Origin: Capsulimonadaceae bacterium
GTDB taxonomy: Bacteria > Armatimonadota > Armatimonadia > Armatimonadales > Capsulimonadaceae
Assembly: GCA_965215505.1 (NCBI GenBank)
Contig: OZ244065.1
Coordinates: 2,432,001-2,496,000 of the forward strand
Length of the DNA stretch: 64,000 bases
Direction: 5' to 3'
Shown: positions 44,774 to 54,633 of the stretch, piece by piece
How positions within the stretch are numbered: position 1 is the first letter of the stretch
Layout of the letters: every line of letters begins with the position of its first letter
Notes under the pieces: generated by a model
The model's database searches: none
The model's input: the letters and a program-made list of their open reading frames with translations, nothing else
What the model was told of the DNA's origin: nothing
Program-made: the position numbers and the translations under genes

Positions 44774-45553
44774 ATGGAACCGACAGAGATCTGGGCCAAA
44801 GCATTCGAGTCCGTCCGCCAGGAGGTGGCCGTGCCGACCGTCTGGCTGGCGATGGAGGCGGCCCGGCCGCTGACCATTGACGGCAACTACTTCGTCGCCG
44901 CCCTGTCCCTACAGGAAGCCTATCTCGCGGGCCACTTGCAGGACAATCTGGCGACGAGCGCCATCGAGGAGGCCCTGCGGACGATCACGGGCCGCATCCT
45001 CGCCTTCCGCCTCATTATCGGCGAATCGCTGGCCGATTGGGAGGGGGTGAAGGCGCGCGAAGCGGCGAGCAGCCGTCCCGCCGAGGCCCCCCCGACTTTC
45101 CTGCGCCCCTCCGAGATCGCCGAGCCGCCTCCGGCCTTCTTCCGCTCCGAGTCCAGCCCCGCCCCCGCCGCGCCCGAGCCGGCCCCCCGGCCCGTCGCCC
45201 CCCAGTCTGTGGCCCCCCCGGCGGCTTCCGGGGCGTCCACGCACGTCGCCAGCCCCAGCCCCTCGTGGGAGAAGCTGAACGAGCGGCTGTCTGCGGGCTA
45301 CAAGGCCACCCCCTACATCAAGTACGCCCACGGCCAGGCGATGTTCGTCCTGACCGCCATGCGGATCATCTCGGACACGATGGACGTGCTGATGCCCCCG
45401 CCCGGCGCCCCCCGCGACGACGCCCAGGAGCGGATGCTGGGGAAGACGATTGACCGCCTGAGCGGCATCGTCAACCTGGACTCCCTGTTCCTCGCCCTGG
45501 AGCTGATGCGCTTCCGGGACTCGCAGGGCAAGGACGTGGGCCTGCCGTTCTGA
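44774..45553 (+). CDS. Hypothetical protein with DnaA domain I-like N-terminus
   Basis: IWAKAFESVRQEV..TVW...RPL.IDGN.F...IEEAL..ITG, then a Pro-rich linker. AAGGAG RBS. Confidence 0.6.
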   Translation: MEPTEIWAKAFESVRQEVAVPTVWLAMEAARPLTIDGNYFVAALSLQEAYLAGHLQDNLATSAIEEALRTITGRILAFRLIIGESLADWEGVKAREAASSRPAEAPPTFLRPSEIAEPPPAFFRSESSPAPAAPEPAPRPVAPQSVAPPAASGASTHVASPSPSWEKLNERLSAGYKATPYIKYAHGQAMFVLTAMRIISDTMDVLMPPPGAPRDDAQERMLGKTIDRLSGIVNLDSLFLALELMRFRDSQGKDVGLPF

Positions 45554-45580
45554 GCGTTCAGAACCATGCCACGGTGAAAG

Positions 45581-45720
45581 CCATGCCATGAATGGCACGG
45601 CTATGCGGCGCAGACGCCAGCAAGCCCCCGCTTCGCGAGGCTAAGAGTTACTTGCTCCGAGTGCCGCGAAGCGGTACTTCTTGGCGTCTTCGCCGGTTAG
45701 CCGTGCCATTCATGGCATGG
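45581..45720. repeat. Four-hairpin palindromic element, copy B
   Basis: Perfect 23-bp terminal IR CCATGCCATGAATGGCACGGCTA / TAGCCGTGCCATTCATGGCATGG, with inner hairpins. Confidence 0.75.
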
Positions 45721-45784
45721 TCCGGGATCAAGCTTTTTGGCAGGCTTCTGATGCGTCGGCGGCAACACGGAATGAGGTGCGAAG

Positions 45785-46330
45785 ATGAGTGTCACTGCAA
45801 GCTACCGCCGCCTACCCCCCGCCGAGTTCCAGCGGCTCCTGAGCGATCCAAGGGAGGCCACCCTTTTCGGCCTTGATAACATGGACGATCTGGAGGACGA
45901 AGAGGATCTGGATTCGTCGGCCTCTGAGGCTATGCTTAAGGAAAGTGGCCGCCACTTAGACATCGGTAGGTACTGGCACGCGCTCCACTTTTTGTTGACG
46001 GGCAGAGCCGAGATGGACAAGACTGAAGCTACTCCCCCTGGCAACGCCGTTCTGGGAGGTTCAGAGACAAAGTGGGAGGCAACCTACGGCATGGTGCGTT
46101 ACCTTGCACCGGAGGAGGTCAAAGACGTTGCGTTTGCGCTGGAAGCAACCCAGCAGGAGGATCTGCGACGCCGCGACCCGGCCACATTCACAGCAGCAAA
46201 CCTTTACTCTGCTCACGGAATTTGGAGCAGAGAGGATTTAGAACCGCTGATCGAGGTATTTACCCAGGTGCGAGACTTCTTTTCCCAAGCAGCGCGTGAG
46301 GGTAATGTGGTGTTACTCTCGAAGGATTAG
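45785..46330 (+). CDS. YfbM (DUF1877) family protein
   Basis: LDIGRYWHALHFLLTG, YGMVRYLAPEEV and FF..AA..G motifs. Confidence 0.85.
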   Translation: MSVTASYRRLPPAEFQRLLSDPREATLFGLDNMDDLEDEEDLDSSASEAMLKESGRHLDIGRYWHALHFLLTGRAEMDKTEATPPGNAVLGGSETKWEATYGMVRYLAPEEVKDVAFALEATQQEDLRRRDPATFTAANLYSAHGIWSREDLEPLIEVFTQVRDFFSQAAREGNVVLLSKD

Positions 46331-46387
46331 CCAGGCGAGTTGCGCGGACTGCCCCCTCAGAACCGTCGGCCCGGCCCGCGCTGGCCC

Positions 46388-46417
46388 TTGACAACGCCGC
46401 CCGGCGTGTGCTAGAAT
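46388..46417 (+). promoter_or_regulatory. tRNA promoter
   Basis: TTGACA-18-TAGAAT with an extended TG. Confidence 0.7.
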
Positions 46418-46429
46418 AACGTCGCTTGT

Positions 46430-46502
46430 GGGGCTATGGCTCAGTTGGTAGAGCGGTTCGTTCGCAACGAACAGGTCAGGAGTTCGAGTCTCCTTAGCTC
46501 CA
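46430..46502 (+). tRNA. tRNA-Ala(CGC)
   Basis: Cloverleaf with GGGGCTA/TAGCTCC acceptor stem and G3:U70, anticodon loop TT-CGC-AA, T-loop TTCGAGT. CCA not encoded. Confidence 0.95.
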
Positions 46503-46509
46503 CTCAAGG

Positions 46510-46544
46510 AAGGCCGCGTCAGTTTCGACTGACGCGGCCTTTTT
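46510..46544. terminator. Terminator between the tRNA and the convergent gene
   Basis: AAGGCCGCGTCAG-loop-CTGACGCGGCCTTTTT. Confidence 0.8.
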
Positions 46545-48771
46545 GCTTGTCCGGGACGACGCGCAGGGCGATATCGCGGGTGAAGGTGGGGACGGGGACG
46601 GGCAGCGACTTCCCCCGCGCGGTCAGGCGCGTGGTCTTGACGGGAGCGCCCGCGCGGGTGTCCCACCAAGTAAGAGTGTAGACGCCGGGGCGCGGGACGG
46701 GGAGCGTCAGCCGGATGCCGGATTGGGGGGCGGGCGTTTTGCCGGCGCGGTCGTTGAACCAGTTGGAGTCCGGGTCCTGGAGCCACAGCAGGGTTTCGCC
46801 CGTGGCGGCGTCCTGGAGGGCCGCCGTCCGCAGGAGGGCGTAGCGCGAGGACTGTGCGCGGGCGAGGGTCAGGGTGGAGATCTGGAGCCAGTCGCCTTCG
46901 GTGTTCTCTAAAGTGAGGACATGCGGCCCGGCGGAGAGGGCAATGGTGCGGTCCGTGTTGAACACGGCCTGGTAGGCGCCGCCGTACTCGGGGAACGACT
47001 TGGTACTCTCGTAGCCGCCGCCCTGACCGGGCACGGCATTGAAGGCAAAGTCGCCGGCGGGCGCACCGTCCAGGCCGACGCGCAGGCGGCCCTTGTTGGA
47101 GACGGTGCCGATGTGCAGGGTCAGTGTCGTCGGGCGCGGCAAATTGACACGGAGGGTGAGGATGCTGCGGGTGTCGGGCTTGTCCGGGCCGAAGAGGGTG
47201 GACAGGAGCGGGCCGCCGGTCGTGGTCCCATCCGCGTGCAGGACGACCGGCGCGGTCGCCTTCTCGCCCCAGACCGCCGTCGGGGTCAGGACCAGGTCGC
47301 TGAAGGTTTCGGGCGTACCCGGCCCGCGCGTCGGCGGCGGGAGCGCGAGCGGGGTGAACCGGCGTTGCGGCCAGTCTATGGCGGCGGCGAAGCGGGCCAG
47401 GCCGGTGAAGCGCGGGTACTGGTCCTGGGGTTCGACGTAGTTGTCCCACCACCAGAGGGAGGCCCCGCCCGCGTTGCCGGTCAGGGCGCTGACCCACAGG
47501 CCGTTGTGGAGGTTCGTGCCGATTCCGGCGGGGTCGAACTTGGAATCGCTGCCGCGCCAGGAGATGCCGAACTCGCCCATGAAGTGCGGCTTGCCGTAGC
47601 CGTCGTGCTGCCGGGCGTCGTCCAGGATGAGCGGGGCGATGTCCTTCACGGAGCCTTCGTCGCCATAGCGGTGGGTCTGGGTGAAGTCGATCTGCGGCAG
47701 GTTCCAGACGGCCGGGTTGCCCGTGGTGGAATAGGAGTTGGTGACGAGGTGACGGTATGGGTCATTGGCCTTGAGGTAGGTCGCCATCTCGGCCACCCAG
47801 GGCGCGGGGGCGTCCGTCTCGTTCCAGAACTCCCAGAAGGCGAGGCTCGTCTCCGGCCCATAGCGGGCGACGAGGTAGCGCAGGCGGCGGCGGTAGAGTT
47901 TCCGGGCCTGCGCGTCCGTCCAGAAGTCGGCGGGGGCCTGAGCCGGGCCGCCGTTGGCCTTGTTGTACGGGTTGATTGGCCACTGGCCCTCGTTGAAGAA
48001 GCCGCCAGTCGTGAACTCGCCGTAAGTGCCGAGGGCCACCATGCAGCGGATGCCGTGTTGGGCGGCAAGGTCCAGCACCCGGTCGAAGTACCAGGCGTTC
48101 GCAAGGTCATAGCGGCCTAGGCCGCCCTTGCCGTGTTCCAGGGGCCGGTTCGCCATCCACAGCCGGGCGTAGTCGCCGCCCGCCGCAGAGAGCTTCGGGA
48201 ACCAGGTTTCATAGTCGGCCAGGCCGCGCCGCCCGGCCCAGCAGACGTTCTCGCCGACGGGGAAGAAGGACGCGCCGCTGCTGAACTCCAAATAGCGGTC
48301 GCTGCCCGGCGCGCGGTGGACGAAGCCGGGCGCAGTTGAGGGCCGGACCGTGAAGGCATTCGCCGCAGCCGTGCCGATCCCGGTGGCGTCATGGGCGGTG
48401 ACGGTCAGCCGCCAGCGGCCCGGCGCGGGCGGGCAGAAGCGGACGCGCCAGCCAGGCTCCCCGTGGGGCAGAAGTGTTTCGGAGCCGTCGGCATTGGCCT
48501 GACGGCGGAAGTCCTGGGACCAGAAGCCGGGCAGGCGAAGTGTCTGCCCCTTCGGGCCGACAAAGGCGGCGTCCACGGCGACCTCGTCCGGGTCAAAGGG
48601 ATTGGTGTAGGTCTTGTCCAGCGTGACCGCCCACTCGGCCAGCCCGTAGGCGGCGAGGCTTGGGGCAAGCAGCGCGCGCACGGCGACCGTGGGCGCGGCC
48701 CGGACGCAGGAGGATAGGGCGAGGCAGGCGAGGAGCGCACAGCCAAAGGCGCGGGTCAGGAGGGACGGCAT
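46519..48771 (-). CDS. Secreted DUF5060-like domain plus GH5-like glycoside hydrolase
   Basis: YTNPFDPDEV..WRVRF.P..PG.W; RYLVARYG, WEFWNE, DPYRHLVT and GEFG motifs. Confidence 0.8.
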   Translation of the reverse strand: MPSLLTRAFGCALLACLALSSCVRAAPTVAVRALLAPSLAAYGLAEWAVTLDKTYTNPFDPDEVAVDAAFVGPKGQTLRLPGFWSQDFRRQANADGSETLLPHGEPGWRVRFCPPAPGRWRLTVTAHDATGIGTAAANAFTVRPSTAPGFVHRAPGSDRYLEFSSGASFFPVGENVCWAGRRGLADYETWFPKLSAAGGDYARLWMANRPLEHGKGGLGRYDLANAWYFDRVLDLAAQHGIRCMVALGTYGEFTTGGFFNEGQWPINPYNKANGGPAQAPADFWTDAQARKLYRRRLRYLVARYGPETSLAFWEFWNETDAPAPWVAEMATYLKANDPYRHLVTNSYSTTGNPAVWNLPQIDFTQTHRYGDEGSVKDIAPLILDDARQHDGYGKPHFMGEFGISWRGSDSKFDPAGIGTNLHNGLWVSALTGNAGGASLWWWDNYVEPQDQYPRFTGLARFAAAIDWPQRRFTPLALPPPTRGPGTPETFSDLVLTPTAVWGEKATAPVVLHADGTTTGGPLLSTLFGPDKPDTRSILTLRVNLPRPTTLTLHIGTVSNKGRLRVGLDGAPAGDFAFNAVPGQGGGYESTKSFPEYGGAYQAVFNTDRTIALSAGPHVLTLENTEGDWLQISTLTLARAQSSRYALLRTAALQDAATGETLLWLQDPDSNWFNDRAGKTPAPQSGIRLTLPVPRPGVYTLTWWDTRAGAPVKTTRLTARGKSLPVPVPTFTRDIALRVVPDKQKGRVSRN

Positions 48772-49934
48772 AGTTCCACCACCAGGAGTCGGAGGTTAGA
48801 GGCGGGGTCGTCGGCGGGGGCGCTCGCGCCCAAGGCGGTCCCGGCGGGGATGCTCTTCATCGCCATGTCGCTCGCCAGGACGCGGCGCAGGCCGTCGGCC
48901 AGGGCAGGATAGGTCCAGCCGCGCGCCTGCTCCTGCAAGTTCTTCAGCAGGAACGACTGCCGGGCGGTCATGCCGATCATCTCGCCGGACAGCACGGCCT
49001 GGACGTCGGGCGGCAGGCCGCCCTTGAGGTTGAAGCCGTTCAGGCGGTGGTCGGCCAGATATTTCGCCCCCCACAGGTGCCGCAGGTGCCGGGCCAGCAT
49101 GACGAAGGTGCGGGCGGCGACGCCATCGGGTTTGTTCCCCATGTCCAGCATCTTGTCCGCTTCATGCAGGGCGCGGCGTGGGTCACGGTTCCCGACGGCA
49201 TCCAGCAAGGCGAAGATGTTATCCTGGACCGTGTGCAGCCCGACCGCCTCGGCATCGGCGCGCGTGACGAGTGGCCGGTCCCCGGCGTAGGCGACGGCCT
49301 TTTCCAGCTCGTTCACCAGGACATTGATGTCGCCGGTCCGCCCTCCCCCACCCCGCTCCGCCGCCGTCGCCTTCGCCCGGTCCATGATCAGCGCGAGGGC
49401 CGACGGCTCCATGGTCTTGCCGCGCAGCTTAAGCAGGGCGTTCGCGCGGGCCTGGAGGCCGCTGTCGCCGGGCGCGTCGCAGAGGACGGTCGCGCCCGTC
49501 TTGGCGATGGCGTTCAGCAGTTTGGTCCCCAGCGCCTTCCCCTTGACCTTGCCCGCGTCGTACTCGGTCGCCCCGGCGATGAGGACGAGGCAGGTGAGGT
49601 CGCCAAGCTTCGGCAGACCCGCCGCCAGTACCTCCTGGTCTTCTTTGCCCAGCCGCTGCACACTAGTGACGACGACCACGCGCCGGGCGGAGGCCATGGG
49701 GACGCCACCCGCCGAGGCCAGGACGGCGCGGGCGGCCTCGCCGGCCTCGCCGGCCCCGGTGGGCGGGATGTCGCGCTCTTCGCGGTCGAAGTCGGCGAAG
49801 GACGGGTCGAGCAGCGGCCCAGTCAGCTTGAGCAGGGCCTCGCGCTTGAGGGCGTCATCGCTGCCGGTGAGCAGATAGACCCGCTCGACCGGCTGGGGGA
49901 AGCCTTTGGCAAGTTTTGAATAATCAAGTTCCAT
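48756..49934 (-). CDS. holA: DNA polymerase III delta subunit
   Basis: VYLLTGSD, P.ASARRVVVV, NELEK..Y and NIFALLDAV motifs. Confidence 0.85.
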   Translation of the reverse strand: MELDYSKLAKGFPQPVERVYLLTGSDDALKREALLKLTGPLLDPSFADFDREERDIPPTGAGEAGEAARAVLASAGGVPMASARRVVVVTSVQRLGKEDQEVLAAGLPKLGDLTCLVLIAGATEYDAGKVKGKALGTKLLNAIAKTGATVLCDAPGDSGLQARANALLKLRGKTMEPSALALIMDRAKATAAERGGGGRTGDINVLVNELEKAVAYAGDRPLVTRADAEAVGLHTVQDNIFALLDAVGNRDPRRALHEADKMLDMGNKPDGVAARTFVMLARHLRHLWGAKYLADHRLNGFNLKGGLPPDVQAVLSGEMIGMTARQSFLLKNLQEQARGWTYPALADGLRRVLASDMAMKSIPAGTALGASAPADDPASNLRLLVVELCRPS

Positions 49935-49941
49935 CGCTGCC

Positions 49942-52311
49942 TTACTTCCCGCCCGGTCGGGGCACCTGTGTCCGCCCCTCCGACCCGCCGATGGTCACGC
50001 CCGGCAGCGGGCCGCCCAGGCGGAACTGGGCGATACGCCGCCACAGACGCCGCGCCGATGCGCGCCAGGAGGCGGCCTCGAAGCGGCCCAGCGCCTCGTC
50101 CCATTTCCCTGCCTCCAGGTTCAGAGCGCCGCCGGGGCGGCCGTAGCAGGCCTGGGTGAAGGCGGCGGTCAGGGACAGGACGAGCGGGCGCGAGAAAGTG
50201 CCGCCCTCGGATTCCAAGCCGGGCAGCAGGGGTACGACGCGGGCGGCGTACTCGTCGGGGGTTTCGGAGGGCCGGCGGGGCAGCCCCAGCCGGCCCAGGG
50301 CGCGGGCCAGACGCGCGTACCGCCGTCCCAACTCGGAGCGTGGGGCGGGCGCGAGCGCGGAGGCAGCATGGGCCAGGACGGGGCGCTTTGCGCGCCAGCG
50401 GTCGTACACTTCGGTCTTGAAGACGTAGCCCACGATCAGGGCGATGCCGACGAGCAGCGGGGCGACCAGGCCCAGGCGCACGCCCAGCCCGGCCTGGAGG
50501 CGCTTGAGCCAGCCCAGCCAGCCCCCCCGCCCCGCACCACCGGCGCGCGGGACGGAGCCATCCGTGGTCGCCCCAGCCGTCGCGTCCAGGATGACCCAGC
50601 CCGTACCGGGGAAGTAAACCTCGGTCCAGGCGTGCTTGTCCTCGGCGCGCAGGTTGAAGCCGTCGCCGTTCGGGTCGCCCGGCGCGAATCCGGTGGCCAG
50701 CCGGGCGGGGATGCCCGCCGTCCGGCAGAGGATGGCGAGGGAGGAAGCAAACATGTCGCAGTAGCCGCGCCGCTCGTCCTTCAGGAAGACGCGGACGTGG
50801 TCGTCCTCGTCGGCGATGGGCGGCGGAGCGAGCGAGTACACACAGCGCCGGGCGACCCAGTCACGCAGGGCGAGGGCTTTGTCGAACGGGTCCCGGCGGT
50901 CCGGCGGCAGGGCGCGCACCGCCTCGGCCACGGACTGGCGGAAGAAGGCGGCGTCCTCGGGCCGGGTGACGCCTTCGGCCCCGGCGCGGAGGTAGAGCCG
51001 CTGCACCTCCGGCGGGTAGTCCGCCCCCGCACGGCGCAGGAGGTCCTGCGCCTCGCGCCGGGCGACATCCGGGGCGGGCGTGGACGCGACCTCGTAGGTG
51101 AAACGGACGGGGCCGCCGGAGGTGAGGTCCAGACGCCCGTCCCGGTACGCGCGCACCCCCTCGTTCGACTGGGCGGGACCCGCCGGGAGCGTGACCCGGC
51201 GCGGACCGGCGGCGTAATAGAACTGGCTGGTCTCACCCATGACCTGGAATGTGGCGGTCAGGGGGTGGGAGTCGTCCCCGGCCGCGTCCCCAGGAGTCAG
51301 GTCGGAGCGGACGTCGTAGCTCTCCGAACCGTCGCTGGAGTCACCCTCGTCGTGCGCCGGTTCGGCGCTGCCCTCGAAAGAGCTTTGCCAGCCCACGCCC
51401 GTGTATAAGTCATAGGTGCGGCCACGCCAATAGTATTCCTGGCCATCGGAAGGCGTCACATGCATCACGACCTCGGCGCTGGAGGACCAGGCCGCGCCGG
51501 TCCCGATCTGCAAGTTGTCGTCGTCCGAGAAGTGCAGGGCAGCCCCGCCCGCCGTCGCCGCAGTGGGCGGGCGGATGGCGGCCAGCCGGCGGATGGCCTG
51601 GGCCAGCGACAGACGCGCGAAGAGGGCCTGGGCGGGGACGATGACCACCATGCCCGCCAGCAGCACGGCCAGGCCGCACAGCCCGGTCTGGACGAACTGC
51701 GCCAGCAGCAGGCGGATGGGGACCAGGGCGCGTGCCTCGGCCGCCGCCCGCGCCCGGTTTTGCAGGAAGTTCTGGTGGATCAGCAGGAAGATGACCGTCA
51801 GGATGAACACGCCGAAACAGACCAAGACCTCGTTGTTCAGGTCCACGGAGGCCGCCAGGCCGAGGACGGCCATGGCGGGTACGGTCGCGAGCATGACGCG
51901 CGTGTCGCTCCGCAGCGCCCACGACCAGACCGTGCCCCCCCAGACCAGGCCGGCGAGGAGGCGCAGGGCGGCGCTGTCCGCTCCCAGCGGCAGGAACTGT
52001 TCCAAAGCGACCTGACCACCGGCGACGCCGACCAGCAGCAGCAGGATGACCGCACCGAAGCCCCAATCCACCACCCGCGAGCTGATCCCGAGCAGGCGGC
52101 TGCCGTAGGAAAAGACGCACCCGAGGACGGTCAGCAGCACGGTGCGCCCCATCCAGCCGGGGTCCGGCTGGGTCAGGGCGAAGTTCGCGGCGAGGACGCC
52201 GCACAGCGCGATCACGCCGCCCGCTAGGTACAGGGGGAGACTTGGTGCCACCGGCGCAGGCGAATTCAGCTCCGTGTCCGCCCCGCTCGTCGTTTCAGCC
52301 GCTCCAGCCAT
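49942..52311 (-). CDS. Transglutaminase-like (TgpA-type) membrane protein
   Basis: YYWRG.TYD; catalytic triad GYCDMFAS / HAWTEVY / WVILDAT; RRPSETP.EY. Confidence 0.9.
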   Translation of the reverse strand: MAGAAETTSGADTELNSPAPVAPSLPLYLAGGVIALCGVLAANFALTQPDPGWMGRTVLLTVLGCVFSYGSRLLGISSRVVDWGFGAVILLLLVGVAGGQVALEQFLPLGADSAALRLLAGLVWGGTVWSWALRSDTRVMLATVPAMAVLGLAASVDLNNEVLVCFGVFILTVIFLLIHQNFLQNRARAAAEARALVPIRLLLAQFVQTGLCGLAVLLAGMVVIVPAQALFARLSLAQAIRRLAAIRPPTAATAGGAALHFSDDDNLQIGTGAAWSSSAEVVMHVTPSDGQEYYWRGRTYDLYTGVGWQSSFEGSAEPAHDEGDSSDGSESYDVRSDLTPGDAAGDDSHPLTATFQVMGETSQFYYAAGPRRVTLPAGPAQSNEGVRAYRDGRLDLTSGGPVRFTYEVASTPAPDVARREAQDLLRRAGADYPPEVQRLYLRAGAEGVTRPEDAAFFRQSVAEAVRALPPDRRDPFDKALALRDWVARRCVYSLAPPPIADEDDHVRVFLKDERRGYCDMFASSLAILCRTAGIPARLATGFAPGDPNGDGFNLRAEDKHAWTEVYFPGTGWVILDATAGATTDGSVPRAGGAGRGGWLGWLKRLQAGLGVRLGLVAPLLVGIALIVGYVFKTEVYDRWRAKRPVLAHAASALAPAPRSELGRRYARLARALGRLGLPRRPSETPDEYAARVVPLLPGLESEGGTFSRPLVLSLTAAFTQACYGRPGGALNLEAGKWDEALGRFEAASWRASARRLWRRIAQFRLGGPLPGVTIGGSEGRTQVPRPGGK

Positions 52312-53500
52312 CGTTGTGCCTCTCCAAAAGCGTCCGCAGGTCGTCGCCGCGCCGGACGACCCGCACGTTGTCCGCGCCGAGCGAGGCCGGCAGGGCGGCG
52401 CGGCCGGTGCGGAAGGAGGCCGCATCCAGGGCGAAGCCGAAGTGCTGCCCGCCGCGCGCCGACCACTCCCCCGCCAGGCGGGTCAGGCGCGCGTCCCCGA
52501 TGTCCGGCGTGATCAGGACCAGGGTCGCCGCCAGGCCCCCCGCCGCCTGGTCGGCGTCCAGCACGTCGGCCAGCGTGAGGGGCGAGTCCGCCTGGACGCG
52601 CGCCAAAGTCTCCAGTAGGCGGGGCATGTCCTGGGGCATCGCAGCCGCCTCCGCACCAGCCCCGCCCGCCGCCAGCAGCCGGACCGTGTGCCCGTGACGC
52701 AGGAAGTCGTCGGCCAGGGTGGCGGCCAGCGTGACGGCGGTCTCGAGCGCCCCGTCCTCCCCCTCGCCGGTCCCGGCGTAGGCCGCGCGGGACAGGTCCA
52801 GGGCCAGGGTCACGTCCATGGTCACGCCCTGGGCGTACTCGGTGACGGCCAGGGTTCCCGTCCGGGCCGTCGTCCGCCAGTGGACGCGGCGCAGCTCGTC
52901 CCCCGGCCCGTACTCGCGGACCCCGTAGAAGTCATCGCCCGCCCCGCGCGTCAGGGCGCTGGCCGTCCCGCGCCAGCCCTGGACGGCGGCCCCGCGCAGC
53001 CACGACTCCTGGATGGGCAGGAGGGCGGGGTAGACGGTCAGCTCGGCGGTCTGCGGCATCTTCTGCGCGAAGGTCTGCAAGCCCAGCGGGTCGGTCGAGT
53101 AGATCTGGGCGGGGCCGAGGGTGAAGACGCCGCGACGCCGGGCCTCGATCCGGCACACGGCGGTCGCCTCCTCGCCGGGCCACAGGCCCAGGACGAGCGG
53201 GGGCGGGCCGCCCACGAACTGGACGCCGCGCGGCAGGGTGTCGCGCACCAGCAAATAGAACTTGGGCAGGCGGCTCGTGTTGCCCAGCCGGAAGGCGAGC
53301 GGCACGGCCTCGCCCGCCGAGGCGGACAGCGGCAGGGCGCGCTCGCAGGTCAGCCCGCCGAGCATGAGCCAGCCCATGAGGTACGAGACAGCGGGGATCA
53401 GCCACAGGATGGCCGTCATCAGGTAGAGGCTGGGGATGCCGAACAGCACGGCGACGATGCCGACGAACAGGCCGGCGACGTTGAGGATGAATTTTTTCAT
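52295..53500 (-). CDS. DUF58 domain protein
   Basis: RRG, DPLGL and FYGVREYGPGDELRRVHWRTTAR motifs. Confidence 0.9.
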   Translation of the reverse strand: MKKFILNVAGLFVGIVAVLFGIPSLYLMTAILWLIPAVSYLMGWLMLGGLTCERALPLSASAGEAVPLAFRLGNTSRLPKFYLLVRDTLPRGVQFVGGPPPLVLGLWPGEEATAVCRIEARRRGVFTLGPAQIYSTDPLGLQTFAQKMPQTAELTVYPALLPIQESWLRGAAVQGWRGTASALTRGAGDDFYGVREYGPGDELRRVHWRTTARTGTLAVTEYAQGVTMDVTLALDLSRAAYAGTGEGEDGALETAVTLAATLADDFLRHGHTVRLLAAGGAGAEAAAMPQDMPRLLETLARVQADSPLTLADVLDADQAAGGLAATLVLITPDIGDARLTRLAGEWSARGGQHFGFALDAASFRTGRAALPASLGADNVRVVRRGDDLRTLLERHNDGWSG

Positions 53501-53552
53501 GCGGCTCTTGCCCCCATTGTACCCCAACCGGCGTCAAGGAGCGCGCAAAGGA

Positions 53553-53583
53553 AAGCCCGGCCTCCCATCGGGAGGCCGGGCTT
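53553..53583. terminator. Terminator hairpin downstream of 53646..54620
   Basis: AAGCCCGGCCTCCC-loop-GGGAGGCCGGGCTT. Confidence 0.65.
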
Positions 53584-53645
53584 CTGTCTACGGCGACAGA
53601 GGCGGTAGGGGCAACACGCAATGGAGTGATGCCATAGCCGGACTG

Positions 53646-54620
53646 TCACTGAGCAGATACAGGCTTGGAAAACAGCAGGGAAAGCGGATCACCGATCTTC
53701 CGCACCGAGCCTGCTCCTCCGGCGATCTTTCCGGTTTCTGTGTCTACCCAAACTTTGTAGACGCGAGGGCCGACGGCGTACAAACAGGACCAGACGGGGC
53801 GGGCCGTTTCCGGCAACGCCGAGATCGGTTCACCACCCACTTGCCAGTACCTGTTTGGCTGAACAACCAAGTGTTTGCATCCGGTGAACTGTGGTGCCTC
53901 AACTCCGAGGCGTTCCAGCACGGCAAGAGCAATCCGCTGGGCCGCTTGCTGGTCTATGCTGATGGCCGCTGTCAGGGGGGGCGCAGAATGAAAAACCAGT
54001 CCTAAGCCTCTGGCCTCCCCCGTTTCCGCGTCGAGGGTGATGTTCAGCCCTTCGTGCTCATAGGGGATGCCCTGAAACTGGCGCGTCCAGCAGACAAACC
54101 AAGTATGACCGAGTACGGTTGGTGGCTCCGTCGTTTGGTCAAGATCGGCCTTCCAGAACGCCAGCTCTCCGGTCTGACCTGTCGCTGCGAGCAAGTCAGC
54201 GGCCCGAAGCATGGCTGCCTCTTTCGATATGGGTTGCCCTGCCGGCTGACTCCCAACCGCAGGGTTCTTCGCGGCGTAGTTCAGGTTGTCATAGAAAGCG
54301 ACGACACCTGTTGCATCTATGACTTCAACTTCCGCTTGATTCGGGAAAGTGACCCTCCAATGTGCCTGCCAATGGTGCTCCGGCGATCGAGGAAACGGAT
54401 CAGGAGCGGTACATTGTGCGATCCCGTTCATGTTGGCTGACCCCGACGCTTTACGGCAGAAGTCCTTTGCAATCAGGACCGCCTGATCCGAAGTTAAACG
54501 GAGATGGCTGGAAAATGCGCTGGTTCCCAGTGCGACCGAGGGAGCAGGTTCAGCGACGGCGCGAACGCCTATCATGATGAATAGCAGAGCGCCGAACACC
54601 AGATATTTGTAACGAGACAT
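53646..54620 (-). CDS. Secreted protein with three PepSY-like repeats
   Basis: Signal peptide; LTSDQAVLIA..VIDATG, ISKEAA...LDAETGE and IDQQAAQRIA...PVW...VWVDTETGKI. GC lower than its neighbours. Confidence 0.65.
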   Translation of the reverse strand: MSRYKYLVFGALLFIMIGVRAVAEPAPSVALGTSAFSSHLRLTSDQAVLIAKDFCRKASGSANMNGIAQCTAPDPFPRSPEHHWQAHWRVTFPNQAEVEVIDATGVVAFYDNLNYAAKNPAVGSQPAGQPISKEAAMLRAADLLAATGQTGELAFWKADLDQTTEPPTVLGHTWFVCWTRQFQGIPYEHEGLNITLDAETGEARGLGLVFHSAPPLTAAISIDQQAAQRIALAVLERLGVEAPQFTGCKHLVVQPNRYWQVGGEPISALPETARPVWSCLYAVGPRVYKVWVDTETGKIAGGAGSVRKIGDPLSLLFSKPVSAQ

Positions 54621-54633
54621 GATCATCCCCTTA

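Noticed and set aside
46430-46502. tRNA-Ala as an integration site for a prophage or island
   Set aside because: No integrase, and I found no duplicated tRNA 3' end in the window.
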